DNA from: Planktothrix sp. GU0601_MAG3
Lineage (GTDB): Bacteria; Cyanobacteriota; Cyanobacteriia; Cyanobacteriales; Microcoleaceae
NCBI GenBank assembly: GCA_035193785.1
Contig: CP136572.1
Span: 3,668,578 to 3,732,577 of the forward strand
Length of the DNA stretch: 64,000 nucleotides
Reading direction: 5' to 3'
The notes under the pieces were generated by a model. It searched no databases, was not told the DNA's origin, and worked only from the letters and a program-made list of their open reading frames with translations. The position numbers and the translations under genes were made by a program. Each line of letters begins with the position of its first letter. Within the stretch, counting starts at the first letter, position 1. Below, in pieces: positions 11,437-20,086 of this stretch.

Positions 11437-11868
11437 ATGATTATTTTCACGCAATTAGTTCCCGATAAAGAGCATCAACAGGTTACAGTTTATCTAGCCC
11501 TAACCGCAGAACAACGGACAAAAACCCGTCAATATATTGAAACTTTAGAGGGTGAAACCTATTATATTCGCCTGCCTAGGGGAATGGTTTTAAATGCGGG
11601 GTATTTGTTAACCTCCGATGCTCAAGATATTTGGGCAAAGGTGATTGCTAAACCAGAACCTATTATTACGGTCAGGGCCAACCATTCCCTGGATTTATTA
11701 AAAGCCGCTTATCATTTAGGAAATCGTCATATTCAGTTAGAAATTACCTCCGACTATTTACGATTTTCCCCCGATCCTGTACTATCTTCAATGTTAGTGC
11801 ATCAAGGATTAACAATTCAAGAAGAAATTGCCCCTTTTTATCCTGAAGGGGGAGCTTATGATCATTAA
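11437..11868 (+). CDS. ureE: Urease accessory protein UreE
   Basis: LPRG, AAYHLGNRH, PFYPEGGAY motifs; ATG at 11437. Confidence 0.93.
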   Translation: MIIFTQLVPDKEHQQVTVYLALTAEQRTKTRQYIETLEGETYYIRLPRGMVLNAGYLLTSDAQDIWAKVIAKPEPIITVRANHSLDLLKAAYHLGNRHIQLEITSDYLRFSPDPVLSSMLVHQGLTIQEEIAPFYPEGGAYDH

Positions 11869-11869
11869 T

Positions 11870-12017
11870 AATTACGAATTACGAATTACGAATGGGTAAT
11901 GGGTAATGGGTAATGGGTAATGGGTAATGGGTAATGGGTAATGGGTAATGGGTAATGGGTAATGGGTAATGGGTAATGGGTAATGGGTAATTACGAATTA
12001 CGAATTACGAATGGGTA
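11870..12017. repeat. STRR heptamer array: 14 x AATGGGT flanked by AATTACG repeats
   Basis: AATGGGT x14 at 11891-11988, AATTACG x3 on each side. Confidence 0.95.
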
Positions 12018-12031
12018 ATAGCAAAAGTTTA

Positions 12032-12170
12032 CCTCCCCTGCTCCCCCTGCCTCCCCTGCCTCCCCTGCTCCCCCTGCCTCCCCTGCTCCCCCTGTCTCCC
12101 CTGCTCCCCCTGCCTCCCCTGCTCCCCCTACCTCCCCTGCTCCCCCTGCTCCCCCTGCTCCCTGTTTCCC
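12032..12170. repeat. C-rich 9-mer tandem array (CCTCCCCTG / CTCCCCCTG)
   Basis: About 15 degenerate copies between ureE and ureF. Confidence 0.9.
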
Positions 12171-12199
12171 TAAATATTCTATATATTGCCCATTTTCCA

Positions 12200-12889
12200 A
12201 TGATTTTAAATTTATTACAACTTTCCAGTCCGGCTTTACCTTTGGGTGCTTATAGTTATTCTGAAGGTTTAGAAACCTTAGTTGAAAATGAAATTATTAC
12301 CGATCATTCTAGTCTATTGCAGTGGTTAATTCAAGACCTGAATTATGGCGCAATTCGACTGGAATCTGCCTTAATGGTTCGAGCTTATCGCTGTGTGATT
12401 AATCAAGATTATAACCAATTAATTTATTGGAATCAATGGTCAACGGCGGCGAAAGAAACCTCGGAATTGCGACAACAAAGTTGGCAAATGGGGAATACCT
12501 TAATCCAGCTTTTAGTTAATTTGGAAGGAGTAAAACCAACAGATTTAGAGTTATTTCCTCTCAAAGATTGGACGGAAAAAGTGGGAAAACCTTGTAATTA
12601 TGCGATCGCATTTGGATTAGGTGCGGTTTATTGGCATCTTGATCTGAAAAATGCTTTACTGGGATATCTCTATAGTTGGGCGACTAATTTAATTAATGCT
12701 GGGGTAAAACTGATTCCTTTAGGTCAAACCATGGGTCAAACTTTACTCTTACAATTACACCCCGAAATAGAATCAACAGCCACAGCTATTTTACAATTAG
12801 ACGATGGAGATTTAGTCAGTTGTAATTGGGGGTTAGCATTGGCAAGTATGGCACATGAAACCCAATATAGTCGATTATTTAGAAGTTGA
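12200..12889 (+). CDS. ureF: Urease accessory protein UreF
   Basis: [21 protein letters not shown]-terminal [14 protein letters not shown] at 12200 (the upstream extension is translated repeat). Confidence 0.93.
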   Translation: MILNLLQLSSPALPLGAYSYSEGLETLVENEIITDHSSLLQWLIQDLNYGAIRLESALMVRAYRCVINQDYNQLIYWNQWSTAAKETSELRQQSWQMGNTLIQLLVNLEGVKPTDLELFPLKDWTEKVGKPCNYAIAFGLGAVYWHLDLKNALLGYLYSWATNLINAGVKLIPLGQTMGQTLLLQLHPEIESTATAILQLDDGDLVSCNWGLALASMAHETQYSRLFRS

Positions 12890-12943
12890 TTTTATTGATT
12901 GATTTATGGTACAATGAAACTGGTTAGTTTTCATCTTAATTTT

Positions 12944-13544
12944 ATGTCTGGTTTGCGAGTTGGTGTTGCTGGGCCAGTGGGTTCGGGAAAAACCGCCTTG
13001 GTTGATGTTTTGTGTAAGCAAATGCGAACATCCTATCAATTAGCGGTGGTTACGAACGATATTTATACTCAAGAAGATGCTCAATTTTTGGTTAATTCCC
13101 AAGCCTTAGAAAGCGATCGCATTTTAGGGGTAGAAACCGGGGGCTGTCCCCATACAGCTATTCGGGAAGATGCTTCATTAAATTTAGCCGCCATAGAAAC
13201 AATTAGAAACCAAATTCAATAATTTAGATCTATTATTTGTAGAAAGTGGTGGGGATAATTTAGCTGCTACCTTTAGCCCGGAATTAGTAGATATTACCAT
13301 TTACGTTATTGATGTAGCCGCCGGAGATAAAATTCCCCGTAAAGGCGGGCCAGGAATTACTAAATCCGATTTATTAGTAATTAATAAAATTGATCTTGCT
13401 CCCTTAGTGGGTGCAGATTTAGGCATCATGGAAAGAGATGCTAAAAAAATGCGTGGTAATAAACCTTTTGTCTTTACAAATTTAAAAACCCAACAAGGAT
13501 TAGATGCTATCATTAAATTTATTAAATCCCACTTAATCCCGTAG
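12944..13544 (+). CDS. ureG: Urease accessory GTPase UreG (split by +1 at 13196-13200)
   Basis: [23 protein letters not shown]; the corrected frame continues FVESGGDN...[11 protein letters not shown]...NKIDL to TAG 13542-13544. Confidence 0.95.
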
Positions 13545-13983
13545 TAAGCCCTTCAGGGCTTTCTTAATTCCCCAGAGTTAATAGTAAAAATTAGTAGTAA
13601 GCCCTTCAGGGCTTTCTTTATTCCTTAGATTTAATGGTAAAAATTAGTAGTAAGCCCTTCAGGGCTTTCTTTATTCCTTAGATTTAATGGTAAAGCCAAC
13701 ATTAACAACGATGTATGATTATTAGTTTAGCAATGATAAAAACCTGAGTCAGCCCTGAAGGGCTTACTACTTTTAATAACGATGTATGATTATTAGTTTA
13801 GCAATGATAAAAACCTGAGTCAGCCCTGAAGGGCTTACTACTTTTAATAACGATGTATGATTATTAGTTTAGCAATGATAAAAACCTGAGTCAGCCCTGA
13901 AGGGCTTACTACTTTTAATAACGATGTATGATTATTGGTTTGGCAATGATAAAAACTTAAATCAGCCCTGAAGGGCTTACTAC
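13541..13983. repeat. REP/BIME-like array: 3 forward + 4 inverted copies of GTAGTAAGCCCTTCAGGGCT
   Basis: Forward copies at 13541, 13594, 13647 (53-bp period); reverse copies at 13751, 13822, 13893, 13964 (71-bp period); linkers nearly identical within each block. Confidence 0.9.
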
Positions 13984-13987
13984 TTTT

Positions 13988-14836
13988 ATGCAATATTTAG
14001 AACAAACTCCCTCACAATGGCAAGGAATATTAGACCTAGACTATCAAAAAATCAACAATTCCACTCAATTAGTCAAAGCCTATAGTCAAGCTCCGTTAAA
14101 AATTCAGCGATCCTTTTATCCTGAAGGTAAGGATATCTGCCATAATATTATATTACATACCGCCGGAGGAATGGTAGGGGGCGATCGCCTATCTCAAACC
14201 ATTAATTTACAGCCGGAAACCCAGGTTTTATTAACTACTCCCGCAGCTAGTAAAATTTATCGAAGTTCTGGAGAAACTGCCCAAAATAATATTAAGATTG
14301 AAGTACAAGAACAATCCTATTTAGAATTTGTTCCTCGGGAAATGATTATCTTTAATGGAGCTATTTTTAGTCAAAATCTCAGAATTAATTTAGCTGAATC
14401 GGCTTGTTATTTAGGATGGGAAATTACCCGATTTGGACGCACAGCTAGGGGAGAAATATTTAACCAAGGACAGTGGAAATCCTGTACAGAAATTTGGCAA
14501 AATGGCTGTCCGGTTTGGATTGATAGACAGGGGTTTATCGCCAATGAAGAAATATTGAATAGTCCCCATGGTTTGGCAGGAAAACCTGTAATTGCCAGCT
14601 TAATTTGGGTGGGACAACCCGTTTCTGAGGATATGATTAAAAGTATCAGACAATTGTGGTTACAGCGAGAAACATCTAGTCAAGCTGGAGTTACCAAATT
14701 AATATCGGGATTACTCTGTCGCTATCGAGGAAATTCGACCCAAGAGGTGATAGAATGGTTTACGGATGTTTGGCAGTTGCTCCGTCATAATTATACGGGA
14801 AAATCAATTGTTAAACCTCGCGTCTGGCAACTTTAA
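13988..14836 (+). CDS. ureD: Urease accessory protein UreD
   Basis: PLKIQRSFYPEG, LHTAGGMVGGD, TTPAASKIYRS, C-terminal PRVW. Confidence 0.93.
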   Translation: MQYLEQTPSQWQGILDLDYQKINNSTQLVKAYSQAPLKIQRSFYPEGKDICHNIILHTAGGMVGGDRLSQTINLQPETQVLLTTPAASKIYRSSGETAQNNIKIEVQEQSYLEFVPREMIIFNGAIFSQNLRINLAESACYLGWEITRFGRTARGEIFNQGQWKSCTEIWQNGCPVWIDRQGFIANEEILNSPHGLAGKPVIASLIWVGQPVSEDMIKSIRQLWLQRETSSQAGVTKLISGLLCRYRGNSTQEVIEWFTDVWQLLRHNYTGKSIVKPRVWQL

Positions 14837-14863
14837 TCACTTAAAATTTATTCAGATAAATCT

Positions 14864-15169
14864 ATGCAGTTATCCCCGCAAGAAAAAGATAAGTTATTAA
14901 TTTTTACGGCTGCTTTATTAGCAGAAAGAAGAAAAGCAAAAGGACTGAAATTAAATTATCCTGAAGCTGTTGCTTATATTACGGCTGCTATTTTGGAAGG
15001 AGCAAGGGAAGGACAAACGGTATCGGAATTAATGAGTTATGGAAAAACAATTTTAAAGCGGGAAGATGTTATGGAGGGGATTCCTGAAATGATTAATGAC
15101 GTACAGGTAGAAGCTACCTTTCCCGACGGAACAAAATTAGTTACCGTTCATGATCCTATCAGCAATTAG
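14864..15169 (+). CDS. ureA: Urease gamma subunit
   Basis: [12 protein letters not shown]...[17 protein letters not shown]. Confidence 0.97.
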   Translation: MQLSPQEKDKLLIFTAALLAERRKAKGLKLNYPEAVAYITAAILEGAREGQTVSELMSYGKTILKREDVMEGIPEMINDVQVEATFPDGTKLVTVHDPISN

Positions 15170-15425
15170 TCATCAGTCATCAGTCATCAGTTAACAGTCA
15201 TCAGTTAACAGTTAACAGTCATCAGTTAACAGTTATAAGTTAACAGTTATAAGTCATCAGTTATAAGTCATCTCCAAAAATATCTATATTCTCCTGTGGG
15301 GGGAAGGAGTGCCCATTGGTGTAAACTTAATTTCCTCGCCCCTACGACAAATGGGATATCAAACTAAAAACTGATAACTGATGACTAAAAACAGATAACT
15401 GATTACTGATTACTGATTACTGATT
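15168..15425. repeat. Mixed heptamer arrays (AGTCATC/AGTTAAC) and their inverted counterparts (AACTGAT/TACTGAT)
   Basis: Forward block about 15168-15272, inverted block about 15369-15425, between convergent ureA and htrA. Confidence 0.8.
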
Positions 15426-16721
15426 AACCGGGATAGCTCCGGTTTTTACGTCTAAATTTAGGGGTTGACCTTGACGTTTAATTTGCATTTTTAACTGACT
15501 TCCTACCGTTATATTCTCAACAATTTGTTGGATTTCATCGGCTTTAGTGACGGTGATATTATCCACTTGAATAATCACATCTCCAGCGCGTAATCCTGAT
15601 TGATGGGCGGGAGAATTTGGCATAACTCTGGCAATCAAAACCCCTTGATCTTCATTCACACTAATCGGACTATTGGGATCTTGATTTAAACTTTCTTTAA
15701 CTTCAGGAGAAAGCGTGACCATTTGAATTCCTAAATAGGGATGTTCGACTTTTCCTGTGGTGGAAATTTGATCCGCAATGCGTTGAACTTGATTAATCGG
15801 AATCGCAAATCCTAAGCCCTGGGCGCCTTGAATAATCGCGGTATTCATCCCAATTACTTCACCCTTTTGATTCAGTAACGGCCCACCAGAATTACCCGGA
15901 TTAATAGCAGCATCGGTTTGAATAAAACTGACTCGTTTATCGGGAATACCAACTTCACTTCCCGAACGACCAGTGGCACTAATAATACCCACAGTTACGG
16001 TATTATCTAATCCTAACGGGTTGCCAATGGCGATCGCTAATTCCCCGGGTTGTAATCCCTCAGAATTACCCATGGTCAAAGTCGGTAAATTATTAGCTTC
16101 AATTTGAATAACTGCCACATCTGTTACTGGGTCAGTTCCAACTACTTTTCCTTCAAATTGACGACCATCTTTTAAAACAACTGATACTTTTGTTGCCCCA
16201 TCAACAACGTGAGCATTGGTAATAATTCGACCATTAGAATTAACAATAAATCCCGACCCGGAGCCCCGAACAATTTCCTGTTTAGGCGCACTGGGCATTT
16301 GGGAACCAAAGAAACGTTCAAAAAAGGGATCATTAAACTGTTCTGGGTTCTGATTTTCAACGGTTTTAGTGGCATTAATTCGGACAACGGCTGGCCCAAA
16401 ACGCTGTACCACGTTCGCTACCAGGTCGGGAGTGGCAATTGTCCCCGGGTTGGCACTGACGGGGGCGGGGAGGGCGGTCGGGGGTACGGGGGATATCGCC
16501 GTCGCCGGGGTGGGTTGAGGGCCTTGGAGTTGAGGCAGAATAGACATCCCAGCGATTCCTGCCCCCACCCCTAATAAAACTAAAGATAAAGATGTTAAAG
16601 ATTGAGTTCTCGGACGTTGAGTTGGACGGGGTGTTTCCGTCCATTCCAAGCGAGAGGACTCTAGGGGAGAATTTAAAGCATCAAAATCAGATTTCATTGT
16701 AATACCTCTATCTATAAGCAT
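15417..16721 (-). CDS. HtrA/HhoA/HhoB family serine protease with PDZ domain
   Basis: TNAHVV, DVAV, QTDAAINPGNSGGPL catalytic triad; C-terminal PDZ. Confidence 0.95.
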   Translation of the reverse strand: MLIDRGITMKSDFDALNSPLESSRLEWTETPRPTQRPRTQSLTSLSLVLLGVGAGIAGMSILPQLQGPQPTPATAISPVPPTALPAPVSANPGTIATPDLVANVVQRFGPAVVRINATKTVENQNPEQFNDPFFERFFGSQMPSAPKQEIVRGSGSGFIVNSNGRIITNAHVVDGATKVSVVLKDGRQFEGKVVGTDPVTDVAVIQIEANNLPTLTMGNSEGLQPGELAIAIGNPLGLDNTVTVGIISATGRSGSEVGIPDKRVSFIQTDAAINPGNSGGPLLNQKGEVIGMNTAIIQGAQGLGFAIPINQVQRIADQISTTGKVEHPYLGIQMVTLSPEVKESLNQDPNSPISVNEDQGVLIARVMPNSPAHQSGLRAGDVIIQVDNITVTKADEIQQIVENITVGSQLKMQIKRQGQPLNLDVKTGAIPVNQ

Positions 16722-16879
16722 TTAAGGGAGTAGAACGGTTGAGTGCTTTACCCCCGATGTTCTTTAAGTTAGAGGTTGAATATGACGTTGCTGTGGCAAA
16801 GATATGACAAGGAGATGAAGATTTTATTCGGGGACAGAATTAAGTAATTTTACTGATTGTCAGTGTTAATCTAACCCCC

Positions 16880-16965
16880 GTAGTAAGCCCTTCAGGGCTT
16901 CTTTTCTTCCCCCTCCTTAAAGATAATCAGAGAGTCCTAAAGGACTCACTACGAGGACTCACTAC
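16880..16965. repeat. Inverted REP pair (REPIN-like)
   Basis: GTAGTAAGCCCTTCAGGGCT at 16880-16899 facing variant GTAGTGAGTCCTTTAGGACT (minus strand, 16933-16952). Confidence 0.75.
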
Positions 16966-16967
16966 GG

Positions 16968-18141
16968 TTAGCGAACATCGATTTTTGCTAAGGTCGTATT
17001 GCGGTAATAGTGGGCGAGAATTTGTTGATAACCGTATCCACCCCGAGCTAAGTTATAGGCGCCCCATTGACTCAAACCCACCCCATGACCAAAGCCGCGA
17101 CCCGTGACTTGAAAACTGGTTGTCCCACTTTTGCGATTCACTTGAAACCGGGTGCTGCGCAGTCCCAGGGCGGAGGCGATATCATCCCCACTTATAACTC
17201 GCGTCCCTTTGTCTCCGACCACTTTCATCGCCAGAATACTACCATAGGCCGAAGTCCGTTGCGGAGTCATCGTCGTAATATTCCCGACACCAGAAATCCG
17301 TTTACTTAAATCCGCTTGAGAAAAGGTTTTTGTCCATTCAAACACCGGAGTTCCCTGGTCAAAATCTGGGACTCCCCGTAAATAGGGTAAGGGTTTCATT
17401 CCACACATCCTCAACGTTCTCGGTATGTCCCCCAGAAGCCGAATGAAAGGCCGCTAAAATAGCTTGGCCGTTATAGGTCAAAACCTGTCCCCGGGTGGCA
17501 TTCACCGCCGCCAGGGTTCCCGTAGATTCCGTAATTAAACCTTTATAGACCTGCCAATTTTGATCATCTCCGACATCAAAAACCCCATTGCTGCGCTGAC
17601 GTTTGTAGAGGGCGTAGGTTCGCGCTGCAACAGCTTGAGCTTTCAGGGCTTCCTGGGGCCATCCGCCATCCATTTCCGCCCCCAGAACACTATAGAGATA
17701 TTCCTCTAAATCAACATAATTAATCGCCGTTAAACCGCCATTCCGAGGCACTAATAATACCCGTCCTCGATACCAACCATTACCTATCCAAACATTACCC
17801 CCATTGCTGGGGTCAATCCAGAGTTGGGAGCCTTGCCATTTGCCCAGGGCTACATTTCCCGATTGGGCCTGAGCAATACCGCCCCCCATCGCTGCCAACT
17901 CCCCTAACACTTTACCATTGCCATCTCGGACAACAGCCTGGGTGGTGCTACCGACTTTAAGCTGATTCGCACCGTCTTCAATGGCGACCCTTAATAATAG
18001 TTGGGCTTGGGCTGGGGCGACCAGACAAAACCAAATCAGTAACGTCTTCCACCCATAGCGTTGAAAACGTTGTACAGAGTTAGTAAAAATATTTTGGGGT
18101 TGGGTAAAGGAACAAACCATAATTTTGATCAGATCCAGCAC
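16968..18141 (-). CDS. SpoIID/LytB domain protein (split by +1 at 17393-17397)
   Basis: EALKAQAVAARTYA, QVYKG, GRGFGHGVGLSQWGA; corrected junction WNEPLPYLRG; start uncertain. Confidence 0.9.
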
Positions 18142-18199
18142 CGATTAGTCTATCACATCTTATTGACACTCCCCCGTCAAACTTACGTTATTTACATGA

Positions 18200-19663
18200 T
18201 TATTTTCCCAGAGCCATTTCATAAATCGATTGATTCACTTTAACAGATTTTTCTAAATCAACCATGGGTTGAGGATAGTCAACGCCTAAAATTACCCCAA
18301 AACGTTTTTGTTCAACCGCCAATAATTTCCAAGGTTGATGAACTTTTGATGGGGGTAAATCCTTTAATTCCGGCAGCCAATGTTTAACATAATCCCCATT
18401 AAGATCATAATCTTGGGATTGTTTTAGAATATTAAAATAGCGAAATCCTCGGGCATCATTGCCGACTCCGGCGGTATAATTCCAGTTGCCCCAATTGCTA
18501 CACACATCATAATCAATTAACAAAGATTCAAACCATTCTGCTCCCCTTTGCCAATTAATTCCTAGATTTTTAGTCAGGAAACTGGCTACATTTTGCCTCC
18601 CTCGGTTTGACATAAATCCTGTGGTTAATAATTCTCGCATATTCGCATCAATTAAGGGAAAACCTGTGATTCCCCGTTGCCATTGTTCAAACTGTTTGGA
18701 ATTTTCTTTCCAAGGAATATAAATTCCTTGTAGCCCTTGAGGATAAAATATTTTGTTTCCATGTTTTAAAGCAATAAATTTAAAATAATCTCGCCATAAT
18801 AATTCAAAAATCAACCAGTAAGTTGAATCATTTTTGACCCGTTCTTTTTCATAAATTTGAACTGTATTATAAATTAGTCGGGGAGATAAACAGCCTAATG
18901 CTAACCAAGGAGAGAACTTAGAGGAATAATTTGCCCCTAACATTCCATTGCGAGTTTCTTTATAGGTTTTGAGACAATCCTGTTCCCAAATATAGTTTTT
19001 CAAACGGTCTAATCCTGCGGTTTCTCCGCCTTTAAATTCTATAACTGCCCGGGCATCAAAACTAGGTGTTTCTAAACCCAAATCTTGAATAACGGGTAGG
19101 TTTCCTGTTTCTATTTCAGGTAAATGGGGGAGGTGTTCAGGAGAGGGAAAAGGACTATTAATAATTGATTTAGATTCAACTTGCTTTCTAAATTGGGTAA
19201 ATATTTCTGGAAGTTGGGCAATAGAAAAGGGTAAATCTGTGATAGAATAAAGAGTTGCGCCCCAAGAAGATTTGACAATAACGCCGAGAGCCGCTAAGGC
19301 AGTTTTTAAATTTTGTTCTACGGTTAATTCCTCGGATGTAGCTTCTTGATAATAATAGACTGCATCAATATTTAGGATTTTAACTAATTCAGGAATAATG
19401 ATTTCTGGCTTCCCTTGACGGATGATTAAATCACTTCCTAATTTTCTGAAAGATTGACGTAAATCTGCAACGCTTTCTAATAAAAATTGAGTGCGAAATG
19501 CTCCGGTTTTCGGGAATCCGTAGGAGGTTTTTTTAAACTGTCTAGGGTCAAAGCAATACACAGGAATAATCTGTGCTTGAGTGTTTAATGCTGAGGATAA
19601 CGGTTGATGGTCATGAAGCCGCAAATCGTTTCGATACCAGATTAAAATTCGTTTTGGGGTCAC
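18200..19663 (-). CDS. DASH-family cryptochrome
   Basis: WYRNDLRLHD, YKETRNG, SSKFSPWLALGCLSPR, MSNRGRQNVASFL, NWGNWNY. Confidence 0.93.
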   Translation of the reverse strand: MTPKRILIWYRNDLRLHDHQPLSSALNTQAQIIPVYCFDPRQFKKTSYGFPKTGAFRTQFLLESVADLRQSFRKLGSDLIIRQGKPEIIIPELVKILNIDAVYYYQEATSEELTVEQNLKTALAALGVIVKSSWGATLYSITDLPFSIAQLPEIFTQFRKQVESKSIINSPFPSPEHLPHLPEIETGNLPVIQDLGLETPSFDARAVIEFKGGETAGLDRLKNYIWEQDCLKTYKETRNGMLGANYSSKFSPWLALGCLSPRLIYNTVQIYEKERVKNDSTYWLIFELLWRDYFKFIALKHGNKIFYPQGLQGIYIPWKENSKQFEQWQRGITGFPLIDANMRELLTTGFMSNRGRQNVASFLTKNLGINWQRGAEWFESLLIDYDVCSNWGNWNYTAGVGNDARGFRYFNILKQSQDYDLNGDYVKHWLPELKDLPPSKVHQPWKLLAVEQKRFGVILGVDYPQPMVDLEKSVKVNQSIYEMALGK

Positions 19664-20086
19664 AATGATTGGCCATCTAAAGGGTTAAGTTCGTTTCAGT
19701 AGTCCGTCTGTTTCTATAACTCACGGATTTACAAAACGTTACACTTAACCCATTCTAACTGAACTTTCCAGGGGTTTGACAATTAACCATCGTCCCGTTT
19801 TCGGGTCGCGGTAACTATTGTAGGGGTTAGAGCGCAGAGGTTTGGGATAAATTTTCATAATCACCGTCCAAATCCTTAACGGTTGAAAGAATATAGGTCA
19901 ACTCAATAATTTAATTATTCCGTATTTTCCCAGTTAAATCAGGAACGCTCGTCTCTAAAATTATGTGATAGTAACGTTCAATTTGAGTGACAATGAACAT
20001 GGGAGCAAGTGAGGGAAGTCCAGGGAAGTTTGTGATCTCAATCATTTAATTCTACGTTTACGGATTATTTATTGTCATTAATTGTT

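Noticed and set aside
11991..12200. Pro/Leu-rich UreF N-terminal extension and the antisense GAGGAGE ORF
   Set aside because: Both are translations of the 9-mer repeat; the UreF domain begins at ATG 12200
13541..13983. CRISPR array
   Set aside because: Linkers are near-identical within each block, repeats occur in both orientations, the unit is only 20 bp and there are no cas genes; it fits REP/BIME
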